Counted from the stretch's first letter, positions 1 through 12,349 are shown. The stretch: DNA of 39,222 nt from Octopus sinensis (GCF_006345805.1 NW_021835697.1:1-39222), one strand, 5' to 3'. Made by a program: numbers and translations. The notes: a model not told the origin generated them from the letters alone.

Positions 1-28
1 GAACATAGTTCTCACCTTTTATCATATA

Positions 29-447
29 GGCGTAGGAGTGGATGTGTGGTAAGTAGCTTGCTTACGAACCACATGGTTTAGGGTTCAGTCCATCTGCGTG
101 GCACCTTGGGTAAGTGTCTTCTACTATAGCCTCGGGCCGACCAAAGCCGTGTGAGTGGATTTGGTAGACAGAAACTGAAAGAAGCCCGTCGTATATATGT
201 ATATATATATGTATGTGTGTGTATATGTTTTTGTGTCTGTGTTTGTCCCCCCAACATCGCTTGATAACCGATACTGGTGTGTTTACGTCCCCGTAACTTA
301 GCGGTTCGGCAAAAGAGACCGATAGAATAAGTACTAGGCTTACAAAGAATAAGTCCCGGGGTCGATTTGCTCGACTAAAAAGGTGGTGCTCCAGCATGGT
401 CACAGTCAAATGACTGAAACAAGTAAAAGAGTAAAAGAGTAAAAGAG
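29..447 (+). mobile_element. tRNA-derived SINE, family A (octopus-type), full length with internal (TA/TG) tract
   Basis: A-box-like GGATGTGTGGTAAG and B-box-like GGTTCAGTCC; CORE/V-like ACCTTGGGTAAGTGTCTT; 3' tail CTCCAGCATGGTCACAGTCAAATGACTGAAACAAG followed by (TAAAAGAG)x3; second copy at 34305-34616. Confidence 0.9.
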
Positions 448-1704
448 ATATGCATTACTTTAACGAACACACACGAAAATGAACAAAGGGAAGTCTTATG
501 CACTTTACTCAAAAGAAATGGAAGTCCAGTATAAATACGAGAGGTTAGGCATGAACACCACTATACACGATATACCCTTAGGAGAGGAGACAGCACGGCC
601 TCTTCGCTGGTCATCTATGCAGTAAACATGGCTGAACACTCGTACCTATTTCAAGGCAAATGACGACGGCAAGAGAACTTAGAAGTGGAATGTATATCCG
701 TATATTCTCACAAGAATGTATGGTGGACTTTTTAAGCTACCTAGACTCGTATCCATCAGGATGTGTCACAATATGCGTAATGGCAAAGTTCACTTCGCTG
801 ATAAACTTATTTTGACTAGTTATTTACCTTGAACGAATCGCGAAAATTGCTCACCATTTTGAATATTGTGTAAGTGTGGTGAATATAAAAAAAGAAGAAA
901 AAGAAACGATGAAATCTTGTACCAAGTTAAATCTGGAGTGCTCAGTTATCGATTGTAGAAATAATGTGGCATAAAACTGTTACCAAACAGTAGCATTATC
1001 CTGTTATATTCTGATAAGTCCTATACACTGTATCGTTAAGACATCAAAGATTTATTGATCTGACGATTGCATCAGCTACAATATATAATCAACATTTGTT
1101 GGTAAGACCCCCCCCCCCACAAACACACCTCCAACAAGAAAGTCCTGCAGCGTGGAGTTAATTCTGCTGGAATCAAACAACATCCCAACAGAGCTGATGA
1201 CCTTATTGGGACATGTGAAAATACAGCGACTGGCGGTAAAAGATGAAATTTACCACTTGCAAGAAATGTTTGGATAAGTATCTCAAGCGGCTTTACTAGA
1301 GGAATTATTGAGAACCCAGCAGGCTTTGTTGCAGAATTTGTGATAATTCAATTTATGATTGAGATTATATCTTTCTTCTTATGTCAATATAATCGATGGC
1401 AGCCACTTACCTGTGCAGGGTGTTAGTGACTAGGAGCGCATCTGGTTGACGTATTTGTACGTGTTTCATCGAGAGTATGAAAACAGTTTTTTTTTTTAAT
1501 TATGAAGTAAGGTGTGAAAGTTGTTGAGTCAAATTGAATGAAGCACCCCCCCCCCAAAAAAAAATAGAGGGGAAAAGCTTGAGTAAGATCCACTACAACA
1601 CGTTTACCACATCATTTTGCAATACCTGAGGTCTGAGTTGTATAAATGCCATTCATCTACAATTACATGTAAGAAAACAGTTTTCACACATACCTGATTC
1701 ATTC

Positions 1705-1733
1705 ATACATACATACATATATATATATATATA

Positions 1734-1777
<44 letters not shown>

Positions 1778-1850
1778 ATATACATATATATATATATAAT
1801 AATATATATATATTAATATAATATATATATATATATCTATATAATATCTG
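1705..1850. repeat. (TACA)/(TA)n/(TG)n compound microsatellite
   Basis: Directly visible dinucleotide arrays. Confidence 0.95.
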
Positions 1851-1860
1851 TTTCTACTTT

Positions 1861-1990
1861 AAGCACAAAGCCAGAAAATTTAGGAAGAGATTCTGCTAAT
1901 TATTTCGATCCTAAAGCTTGACTGGTACTTATTTTATCGACCTCAAGACGACGAAAGGTAAAGTGAAACTTGGCTAAACTTGAAATGTAC
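1861..1990 (-). mobile_element. Degenerate SINE family B fragment
   Basis: GACTGGTACTTATTTTATCGACCTC...GAAAGGTAAAGTGAAACTTGG matches the reverse complement of the family B core seen in intact copies. Confidence 0.7.
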
Positions 1991-2820
1991 AAAATAATAT
2001 TAAAACCAATGACATTTAAAATTACCGAAATACGGTTAAAATAAATGTAAAAGCATTCCTATAAAGAAATTCAAAAACATAGATATTAACAGTGAATGTA
2101 GCATTAGGAAGAGAAGTGAAATGTTCATTCAAACACACAGGAAATGATGTCCAGTAGGTTAATTAATATAACGTGTTGTTGGCTGTATTCCCTGGATCTC
2201 GTAGCGGATGTATTTCGTAGCGGATGGGCATGCCAAACACCGAAAGATGATAAATGGAACGGCCAGATGGGATAAAATGGTCGCTTTACGTGTGATGTTT
2301 GCAACGAGCACGCATTCGGAGTTTTTGAGTGATTTGATATCGTGATTTAGTCTGATATTTAAAACAAATGATTGATCATGGCGCAATTGTTGAAAGTGTG
2401 ACGTATGAGATTACTTGAAATTACCTACTTAAGAGTACCGGAAGCTAGAGAGCTTATGAATAAAAGGCTTAAAGGGATTCTAGGTTTACTGAAATAGAGA
2501 AATATTTCAGAAATATCGGAACAGTAATAGAGTTTGAGAGTAGAGAAAAAGTAACGGAATTTTCGTTTCAATAAAATATTTACCAGGTGAAAGATCAAAG
2601 AAAGTCAGAAGAGCAGTAACAATTTGGATGTTATGGATCCGGCGGAGAATGGAATCGTCAAAATATCAAGGGTTTATGCGACATATTTGTAATGATCTCA
2701 AGTCGAAATCAGAGTCGATGCTAAAATAAAGCAGTTCTATATTTAAGAGATGAGGAATTATGTACATTATTTTCATTATATACATTTGACGGATATTTGT
2801 CCTCATCTTGTTTGTTGTTT

Positions 2821-2865
2821 ACACAACTTTTCAGCTGATATACCCTCCAGCCTTCATCAGGTGTC
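2821..2865 (-). ncRNA. Hammerhead ribozyme, mutated copy in the inverted pLTR
   Basis: Minus strand reads GACAC-CTGATGA-A-GGCTG-(10)-CAGCT-GAAA-AGTT-GTGTA; the helix III palindrome ACGT is changed to AAGT, so probably inactive. Confidence 0.7.
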
Positions 2866-2915
2866 TTGGGGAAATTTCGAACTTGGGTTCTCATTCCTAA
2901 GGTATTTTTCGATGT

Positions 2916-2971
<56 letters not shown>

Positions 2972-3402
2972 CAACAACAACAACAACAATAATAATAATA
3001 GTAATAATAGTGGATCATGCATCTATTCTCTCCCCCGCACCTGCCGTCTGCCGTCTCCCGTTTCCCCTCGCCTAGTCTCCCGTTTCCCCTCACCTACCAC
3101 CTACCAACGCACCATTCTCTGAGTCTTCCAGCAACTCCAGTCCGACTCCTCCACTTCACACATCTTCCCTAACCCACCCCTCCCCTCCTTCAAACGAGCC
3201 CACAACCTACGAAACCTCTTGTCCACAGCTTCTTCCCTAACCTAACCTCCCAACCCGGCTCGTTCCCCTGCCTCCGCCCACGCTGCCGCACTTGCCCTCC
3301 TCATCGGCACCCATCATCGATACTATCACATCACCGACTCCTTTACCTGAACTTCTCTACCAACGTCCTCTATTGCATCTCCTGCTCTCTCTGCCCTTCT
3401 CT

Positions 3403-4110
3403 ATACATCAGGCAAGCCTACCTTTACTGGTCGATACCTTAACTTCAATCCCCACCGTCCATAGAGTGTAAAGAGATGGGTTGCTCAGTGCCTAAACATC
3501 GAGCAAAGAATATAAGCAGCTATCGTAATATCCACCACGAAGAGATGATCAAGCTCAGTAACAATCTATTAAGCAACAACTACCTCAAAAACATAATATC
3601 TACTCCAATTATGAAGAAAAGAGAGGATGAAACCAATAACCTATCAACAGTCTGCCTACTCTATGTGAAAGGCTTCTCCGAAGAGATGCAAAAGATATGC
3701 GGCCCATATGACATCAGGACAGTAATACAACACTTCGCAAATATCTCCTTACTGTAAAACCACCAATAGAAGAGAATATGACCAAAAACTGCGTGTACTC
3801 CATCCCATGCAGCTGTGGTAGTTTATACAAAGGTGAAACATGCCGCCCCTTATAATAAGAGTAGAGGAACATCGCAAAACTGTGAGACGGGGAGATATTG
3901 ATAAATCAGGTATAGCTGATTATGTATGGAAAAATGGAGACCACCTCCCTCTGTGGGATGAAGTTAAAATAATAGACAGAGAACACCACTGAAAAATACA
4001 AAACCTTAAAGAAGCAGCACATATGCTCGGACACAACAACCTCCCAATTAGACCGAGTGCAGATATGAATAGCATAGGGGAACCGGTATTAAGGAAGGAT
4101 ATGAAAATAT
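3403..4110 (+). pseudogene. Penelope RT C-terminus/thumb plus GIY-YIG endonuclease, frameshifted
   Basis: Manual translation: KPTFTGRYLNFNPHRP*SVKR..HRAKNISS; KNCVYSIPCSCGSLYKGETCRPL/IRVEEHRK..KSGIADYVW..LKEAAHM; stops and frameshifts present. Confidence 0.92.
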
Positions 4111-4149
4111 TAGATTTATTAGCCCTAAAAGTTCATTCCATAACGGCCC

Positions 4150-4220
4150 GCGGGCATATGGCGGAAAGGTTAAGAGCGTGGCTACTAGCCCCTAGATTCC
4201 GGGTTCGATTCCAGGCAGTG
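4150..4220 (+). promoter_or_regulatory. tRNA-like sequence with Pol III A and B boxes inside the PLE 3' region
   Basis: A box TGGCGGAAAGG (4159-4169), B box GGTTCGATTCC (4202-4212), tRNA-like spacing, followed by (AAT)n(AAC)n. Confidence 0.7.
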
Positions 4221-4221
4221 A

Positions 4222-4252
<31 letters not shown>

Positions 4253-4314
4253 GATAATAATAATAATAATAATAACAACAACAACAACATCGAAAAATTA
4301 AGAATTCGAACCAA

Positions 4315-4360
4315 GACACCTGATGAAGGCTGGAGGGTATATCAGCCGAAACGTCGTGTT
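4315..4360 (+). ncRNA. Minimal type I hammerhead ribozyme
   Basis: Helix I GACAC/GTGTT; core CTGATGA (4320-4326) plus extra A; helix II GGCTG/CAGCC; GAAA (4348-4351); palindromic helix III ACGT; cleavage triplet GTC (4353-4355). Confidence 0.85.
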
Positions 4361-4479
4361 AACAACAAATATGATGTGGACAAATATCCATCAAAATAAT
4401 GTAAATAATGTACATAATTCCTCATCTCTTAAATATAGAACTGTACACACACTCATATATATATATGTACACATATTTT

Positions 4480-5122
4480 TTCTTTTGTGACCATGTTGGT
4501 TTACCACAGTTTTGGTACGCTATTATTATTGAGAGCCTCCTCTAATAAGTGGCACTTATTGTGGCACTTTACCGAATGGAGTTTGATGTCGCTACCCTCA
4601 TTTTCACATCTTGCCTTCAGGTAGGTTCATATGGGACTCTCGTCAGGAAGAGGCCCTGTTTTGATTTGAAAACACCTACATCCATTTTGTCTAGGTCCCA
4701 CAAGCTCTTTAGGAGAATATTAAAATGCTGTAGGCCCCTGAAACCCAGGCTCTTGCAGTAACTGGTCCTGAAAAGCGATGGTGCTGAAGCTGGGATCTTT
4801 GGCACTGAGCAGTGTCGACGCATTCAGGTATTGGTGTTGCTTTCAATGCCCACCTTCGCTCCGAGGAGTAGAGTCTTAGCTGTTTCAGCCTTTCCCAGTT
4901 GCTGGGCTGTTGCAATGAGACGATCTTCTTTGTGAATCTTTGCTGGATTCCTTCAAGGTCCGTTGTTAAGTTTACACTGTTGGGTGACCATAGCTGAGAT
5001 CAGTAATCCAGGTGGCTGAGGACGAATCTCCTCCAGAGGGCCATCAAGGTTTCCATTTCTCTGGTTCTGAACATTCTCAGGATCCAGCCAGCCAGTCGTC
5101 AGCACTTTCTCGCTATCTGGTA
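4480..5122 (-). mobile_element. CR1/L2-group LINE 3' end (RT C-terminal remnant)
   Basis: Minus translation: [84 protein letters not shown]. Confidence 0.9.
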
Positions 5123-5158
5123 ATACATATATACATATATACATATCCACATATATAC

Positions 5159-5235
<77 letters not shown>

Positions 5236-5407
5236 ATATGCATATATGTATATATGTATGTATATGTATGTATGTATATATATAAACATGCATATATATG
5301 CACATATATACACATATATATACATATATGTATACATATATATACGTATATACATACATATATATATACATATACATACATACATATATATAAACATATA
5401 TATATAC

Positions 5408-5438
<31 letters not shown>

Positions 5439-5475
5439 AATATATGTATATACAGACATATACACATATATATAT

Positions 5476-5507
<32 letters not shown>

Positions 5508-5828
5508 ATACATATATATGCATATATACATACATATATATATACACATATATATACATACATTATATATATATGTACATATATATATATATACATATAT
5601 ACATATACGTGTGTGTATGCGCTCGTAATACACATTACACATGCACGGGTATATGTGTATAACGCAGACTTCGGCTCACTCACATATATCTGTGTCACTT
5701 TCTCTTTATATATATCAAGTGCTAAAAAGTAGCCAATAATCTAGCCATACAAATATGTATATGCATGTGTGTCCATATACGTATTTATGTCTGTGTGTCT
5801 CTGTGCGTATATGTGCTGTTATATATGG

Positions 5829-5889
<61 letters not shown>

Positions 5890-6115
5890 CATACACACAT
5901 ACATACATACATACATACATACATACATACATACAAATATATACCTATATATGTGTGTATATATATAAGCGTGTGTGTGTATGTATATACCCTTTTATAT
6001 ACAGCCATGTATATATGTATATGGGTATATACAAGTACATGTATGTATTAGCATCTATATATACACACACATATATATACATTCGTTTATGTATGTATAC
6101 ATGTACCCATATATC
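5123..6115. repeat. (TA)/(TACA)/(TG) low-complexity arrays (two blocks)
   Basis: Directly visible; source of the poly-IY/YI pseudo-ORFs. Confidence 0.95.
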
Positions 6116-6189
6116 TGCGTGTGCTGTTAAGCGTCTATAATGGGATAAATTACATTCTATATTCTTAAATATCAAGTTAAAAATCAATA

Positions 6190-6750
6190 AAAATGGTTCC
6201 AGAATTTAGCGCTGCTATTTGACGTGCCTGCCACGATCTTCAGTGAATAAAATCTGTACAGTACATTTTATAAGATTACAAGAACAGTATCTACATTCTA
6301 TGGTGTGGTAATGTTGCAGAGTGTTTCAATCTTTTGGGTCAATTTCAAAAAAGGTTTAGAGCTTTACCAATTTATGAGCTCGAACTGTGATTTTGCAAAA
6401 ATCCCTTTGATGTAATGCTAGATGAATCACCTGATTCCTTGCAAATCATTTGCAATCTGATAAATACATTTACAATCAGATAAAACTTTGATGTCCAAAT
6501 TTAATAGTTTATCTATTGGAGAATTCTAGATATTATATGTAGATATCGAAATATATCCACTTTTGAGGAATCACGTATTGAAAATTGCATCACGGTCTTT
6601 TTCACCATTTACCAAAGTGAACAGATTTCTCAACATTTAATCTAGCCAGGAACTTCTCATTACGATACAAGATAAGATGATTCATTAAATGTGAAATATA
6701 CAGTGGCATCTTTGATATTTCGGTATCTGAAACATCATAACTCCGTGGTT
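6190..6750 (+). mobile_element. hAT (SPIN/GTF2IRD2-like) transposase C-terminal remnant
   Basis: Manual translation: KWFQNLALLFD..QFQKRF..KNPFDVMLDESPDSLQ..IHLQSDKTLMSKF..EIYPLLRNHVLKIAS..TIYQSEQ. Confidence 0.75.
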
Positions 6751-8034
6751 AATTGATGCATTAGAAGATTTTTATTAATGTTGTTTAGAATGATCACCTG
6801 CATACCTATAAATTTGTAAAATTAAAACTGTTAAATTTTTCCTGGTTTTACTCAACACCCCGATTAGTTATGTTTTTTTGTGTTTCTTGTTTTTTTTTTT
6901 TGTTTTTTTTGCCTCTTTACAACTTCGTCTTAAGTTAGTCTGTTTTCTGTCAGTCTTTTTTCAAAAACAATCGATGAATACTTTTTTTTTTTAATATTTT
7001 ATGGCTTCAAAGAATTTTGATACTACCAATTTATTAAGTGCTAAAGAGAATTCTCAAAATTATTTCATGGATGTTTTAAATCGTGCTTTTTCGTTACATT
7101 TTCAAGATAGAGCTACAGAAACATTGATCATATACACTAATAAATACGGATGCTAATAAACGCGTGCACTCTCCGTAATATTGTTTTCTACACGTCTAAA
7201 ATATTTTTATGCTAGATGTGTATTATTCTGTTATGTTTTTATTAAAAGTTATGTGTTCTGCTTAAACTTAACAATTCTCATGTGTGAGTTCCCATGAGCT
7301 AATAAAGTATTTCTAGAAAAGAAACTAGAAGAAAAGGCAGTGTCTGAGGAAAAAGTATTGGTTGGTTTGTATCGGTAAAAATAAAAGTAGTCAATTAAAC
7401 TTGTAAAATATGAAGAGGTGAGCTCAGATATTTTTTATCTAAAACACAATATGGCGTTTGTGTGGCAAAGGTTAACAATATCGGAAGTAACAATTTCTCG
7501 ACATAGTAAAAACCTATGGTCAATTATGTATTGCTTGTTATTTCACTGTCATACTCCGTTTCAATAGCAGTCTTCGAACTTTTTCTTTTCGTTTTTTGTT
7601 TTTCAGAATCAAGAATAATAAATAATACAATAATGTGCCAGTCATTTCATCAATAGAGAATCGTGCTTTCTCATTACTGTTTTCAAATGAGTTGTTGATC
7701 GTCAAGCATATATTTAGTTTCGTGACTAAATGTTACTCCGATATACTTGGTTGACTATTTTATTTAGTTTTTGAGAGAACTGAACTGTCTATTGAAAAGC
7801 GTTTATTTTTATGAACTTAAAAAATATAAAAGGGTTTAATCATCTTATGACAATAGAATTCATTTGAAACCATAATTAACGTTCGTGCTTAAATTATGAC
7901 GGAATATACATTAAATATACATTACTAAAATTTAAATAATTGCTTAATGTTGTATTCTTAACGGTAGATTTTTAAATATTTCATAACGTAAAATATTCTT
8001 TCTCTAAACATCTTTTGCTGGTTTGCAATAACAC

Positions 8035-8430
8035 CATGAATACATCTCTAGAGATGATGCAATCAACTGTCTCATTGTACTGGTTGCACATTTTGCATTT
8101 GGTGTTAGGGGCCTCTTTTCATTATTTCATTTTTATAGTTGTTAGTGGTCAGGTATTGGTCTTACGCAGCGAGAATCAGTCCTTCCGTTTCTGCTTCTAG
8201 TCCAGAGCTTCTAAGCCATAGTTAAATTTCACTTAGGCTCACTCCTTCTCTGCCAACTCTCGAAGGGTATTGGCCAGGGGGTGATTTTTCTTTCCATCTC
8301 TTATTTAGTATGCTTTGTAGTTCTGTTCTCATGTTTTTTCTTTATCTCTCTAGCCATTTCTGTTGTGTTGTTAAGTGAGATCAGTGTTTCAGTGTAGGTT
8401 ATCTCTGTTTTGTATTTTGCCTCCCTGTGT
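8035..8430 (-). mobile_element. R4/Dong LINE fragment (zinc-knuckle region before the RLE domain)
   Basis: Minus translation: LWLRSSGLEAETEGLILAA*DQYLTTNNYK..KCKMCNQYNETVDCIIS. Confidence 0.85.
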
Positions 8431-8494
8431 ATAGAGAAAAGTGTATCTTTTTATTACATATAGTAATAAAAAGTCTTCAACTTTTTGCTGCTGT

Positions 8495-8557
8495 CATTAT
8501 TATTATTATTGATTATTTTTCTTATTGTTGCTATTATTATTATTATTACTATTATTA

Positions 8558-8588
<31 letters not shown>

Positions 8589-8749
8589 TATTATCATTAT
8601 TATTATTACTATTATTATCATTATTATTATTATTATTATGATTATTATTATTATTACTATATTATTATTATTATTATATTATTATTATTATTATTATATT
8701 ATTATGATTATTATTATTATTATATTATTATTATTATTATTATTATTAA

Positions 8750-8807
<58 letters not shown>

Positions 8808-8808
8808 T
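8495..8808. repeat. (ATT)n microsatellite
   Basis: Directly visible, about 310 bp, imperfect. Confidence 0.97.
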
Positions 8809-9329
8809 GCGTTTGGATGGGAAGGATATCTTTGAGGATTTCGTGAGTTATTTTTGAATTTAATTTTCAGAAACGTTATCTTATACTGTTATTGTACCAT
8901 TTTGTTCATAAACCAACCAGTACCCGATGAGATTGATTGGCTTTGTTAAATTTCCGCCCCTTCGAGACGAAATTTGTGTTATTTTGTAAAATTTACCCAT
9001 TTAAGAAAAATAACAAAAGAATATAACGTCGAATTTTTTCGGCAGGGAAATGAAACCAGAGATTGGAAGAGTTGTTTTCACGTTGACTTCTCACCTTTAC
9101 AACAAAGCACCATCATCTCCACTACCATTGCCGACAGCAGAAAACAACAACAACAACCAACAGCTAAAAGGCATACAGAAAGAACAACGAGGAAAGTGAA
9201 AGATATAGAAATAAAAACGTAGAACAGAAAAATAAAATATCCAGTTGCACTTTTAACACACCTCTACGTTACACCTTCGCCTACAACAACATTAACGCCA
9301 AAACAAAAGATATAAAACACGACAAATTG

Positions 9330-10460
9330 TAAACCAAATGCTAATGGATTCGCCGACGCGGCTCTGCTAAGATGCTAAGAGGAGAAGAAATTATTTTATC
9401 TTTGGAAGAATTTAAATATGCAAAACACCTTCTCGCGAGGTCTGCACGAAATGTTGCGCTCAACATCTTCGAATCCATTTAACGACAAACCACCCTCAGA
9501 GTAGTGGTATATAAAATCTTAGCAACAAAAAGTAGTAAGAAGTGCTGGTGACTCCACAACAGACTGAAAAGTAACTCAGAAAAATCTGGGACACTGAAAC
9601 ATAGGTCACCAGAGAAAAAAGTTTGGTACATGGTCTTCATGTTTGGAACTGGTCCTCATCCTAATGTACTGCAATAAATATATATCTACTGGTGGTGACA
9701 GCTGTCTTTTTGACATTGAGAACAAAATCAATATTTTGCTGGTCTAGAGGTTTCAAAAGCACAATTGGTCAGCCAAAAGATGGGGCTATTGATCTAAACA
9801 GATTACTATAGTATGGAAACCATCCCGAACTTGATTAAACTGCTTGAGGATATAAAATTAGATGCGGCCGTTGAGGTGTGACTTGTAGGATGTAAACCTT
9901 GTGACTACAGAAAAGAATTAGAGTCGAATGACCATCACTTCTGCCAATATGATCCCCACAACAGCAACAACAACCGCAAAAACAACGGCAGCACTAAGAA
10001 CGGCGTTTTGCCCTAACAGCAACAGTAGTCTCCACAACAGTGAGAGTAAAACCAACAATAGCGAAAACAGCAACAAATGCAACAACAGTAACTGCTGCAA
10101 CAACAACAAAACCAACAATAGTGGAAGCCGCAGTAACAAAAGCAACAGAAAATATACCGCCATCAAGGGTTACAGTATTACAAAACTCCAGCAGCAGCAA
10201 CAACAGCAGCAGAATCTCTTCCTCCAAAAATCAAAAAAATAACAAACCAATACCTCAGATCTCTTTAATACATGTCTCTCCTCAACTCGCACCATGCAGA
10301 CATGTCGAAGGTAATGGGAAGGACACTAATTGGCAAACAATAACAAATGGAGGAAAAGAAAAATAATTAAAAAAAGACGATCAAAACTACGTCAGCAAAA
10401 GAATTACCAACACCACCGCACAACAGTAGCTACACCGGTACTATCAATATCATTATCCAC
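9330..10460 (+). mobile_element. Old Tx1/L1-type ORF1 remnant (diverged relative of the 15845-18430 element)
   Basis: Colinear weak matches to the downstream ORF1: FADAA vs FADVA, ELVLILMY vs EWVLYPTY, TIPNLIKL..VGCKP vs KIQDLIKL..VEGRKP, then a Thr/Ala-rich (CAA-rich) tract. Confidence 0.5.
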
Positions 10461-10844
10461 TTCGCCACCACTATCACTATCACGGACACCATTATCACAA
10501 ACACAAACACAATCACAGTCATACAGACACAAACACGCACAAACCAACAGTCAAAACACATTCTCAAACACAAACAAAAATTTTTAAAAAACTGTACGGC
10601 CATAAACACAAATAATAAAGAACTAATGGATCTAATAACTTTATCTCATTAACGAATAGCATTCCATTACACACATAAAAATCGTTCGAATTTCATCACA
10701 ACGCATATACAGTATTTTAAAAAATAAATATCATGGAAGGATACATCAAGAGGAAATATAAACAAAAGACTACATAAAGTATTGCTTGTGAAAATATCCA
10801 CAGCTAGCATGAGGGGTGAAACACCTGTTTTACCATAGGAATAA

Positions 10845-10863
10845 AATGTGTGTGTAGATATGA

Positions 10864-10896
<33 letters not shown>

Positions 10897-11089
10897 CATA
10901 TAAATATATACATATATACATATATACACATATATACATATATACATATATATACAAATATACATACATATATATATACAAATATATACATATATATATA
11001 CATTTATACATACATATATATACATATACATACACATATATATATACATATATATACATACATATATACATACATATGTATATATATAC

Positions 11090-11120
<31 letters not shown>

Positions 11121-11154
11121 GATATACATATATATATATACCTATACATACATG

Positions 11155-11226
<72 letters not shown>

Positions 11227-11245
11227 ATTTATTTATTTATATGCA
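10845..11245. repeat. (TA)/(TACA) low-complexity array
   Basis: Directly visible. Confidence 0.95.
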
Positions 11246-11339
11246 TGTGTGTAGACAGATCCAAGTTGGCCAGTAAGAACTCATTAGGATTGAAAAGAAT
11301 CAAGAGAAAACTATAGGAACGCTGAATTTTCCTAAATAA

Positions 11340-11570
11340 GGCGGCGAGCTGGCGGAAATGTTAGCACGCCGGGCGAAGTACTTGGCGGTATTTCATCTGC
11401 CGTTACGTTCTGAGTTCAAATTCCGCCAAGGTCGACTTTGCCTTTCATCCTTTCGGGATCGATAAATTAAGTACCAGTTACGCACTGGGGTCGATGTAAT
11501 CGACTTAATCCGTTTGTCTGTCCTTGTTTGTCCCCTCTATGTTTAGCCCCTTGTCGACAATAAAGAAATA
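11340..11570 (+). mobile_element. tRNA-derived SINE family B, full length
   Basis: GGCGGCGAGCTGGC head, B box GAGTTCAAATTCC, core GTCGACTTTGCCTTTCATCC..GATAAATTAAGTACCAG, tail AAAGAAATA; TSD AGGAACGCTGAAT at 11315-11327 and 11571-11583. Confidence 0.95.
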
Positions 11571-12349
11571 AGGAACGCTGAATGTTCAAATAGATATCAA
11601 TATTCAAACCATATATAATACTTGTATTTTAAGCATAATCTTCAACGAAATCTTTACCGGGGTTAAATGAACAGGTCATTGTGTAATTGGTGAGTAGAAA
11701 CAAGGCGGATGGGGTGCCAAAGTCTAATCTCCATAATTTGCTTCTTTTAGATTTAATTTATTAAGTATAACTTTTTGAATGAATTCTATTTATTGCAACT
11801 AAAACAAAATATGTTAATTTTTCGTTTTATTACTTTAACTTTTATTTTCATCTTGTTCGTGAATACTATTCTAATTTTAAAGTTTTGTTTAAAAAAAAAA
11901 CGAAAAAGAAGTATTGATTTTTCTGAAAGTTGATTTTGACTTTTTCTTTTTTTTCCACTGCTAATGTTTTTAGCCTATGAAAATGGATAATCGTAAAAGA
12001 AAGTGCCTGTATTAATCAATTTTATGAAATACGGTGTTATTTCATGCACTATTTACCAATAAATTCCTATGAGTTTAATTTGCGAAAAAATGCTTATGAA
12101 TAAGAATGAAATCTTCGACAATATTTGAGCCTTTGGAAACAAAACATCCAGAATAATTTAATAAGTATTTAACTTACATTTACGATTAAAAAATTAAATT
12201 TGAAAAGCTTTCTACTCTTCGGAATCTACTTTATAGAGATAACAACAGCTGAGAAAGGACTTATTGCATCTTATAACATGTTTTGAAAAATCTCATTGCT
12301 AAATGTAGGAACTGTCGTCGTCTTGGAGAGATCCAAATACAATATTCTG

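Larger units (their letters stand above)
2732..4443 (+). mobile_element. 5'-truncated Penelope-like element with inverted pseudo-LTRs
   Basis: 2732-2916 is an imperfect reverse complement of 4286-4443; these flank a decayed RT-thumb/GIY-YIG ORF; hammerhead motifs lie in both repeats. Confidence 0.9.

Noticed and set aside
1110-1345. Frame reading ELILLESNNIPTELMTLLGHVKIQRLAV..EELLRTQQALLQNL
   Set aside because: It has an in-frame stop, no recognisable motif and no clear splice sites.
1400-2720. Strong minus-strand splice donors (CAG|GTAAGT near 1409, others near 2426 and 2582), the 75-aa ORF at 2159-2386 and a 12-bp direct repeat TCGTAGCGGATG (2199, 2215)
   Set aside because: I could not assemble a consistent exon chain or a recognisable protein, so these are compatible with chance.
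2857-3093. Homopolymeric ORFs (poly-I/Y/L/T/S/M/N), also at 8427-8846, 15025-15876, 18333-18622, 20959-22279 and 28599-29180
   Set aside because: They are trinucleotide microsatellite read-throughs with no domain content.
4953-6187. Long poly-(IY/YM/HT) ORFs, and similar ones at 10667-11276, 35688-35891 and 38400-39046
   Set aside because: They are translations of TA/TG/CA dinucleotide arrays, which lack stop codons in several frames.
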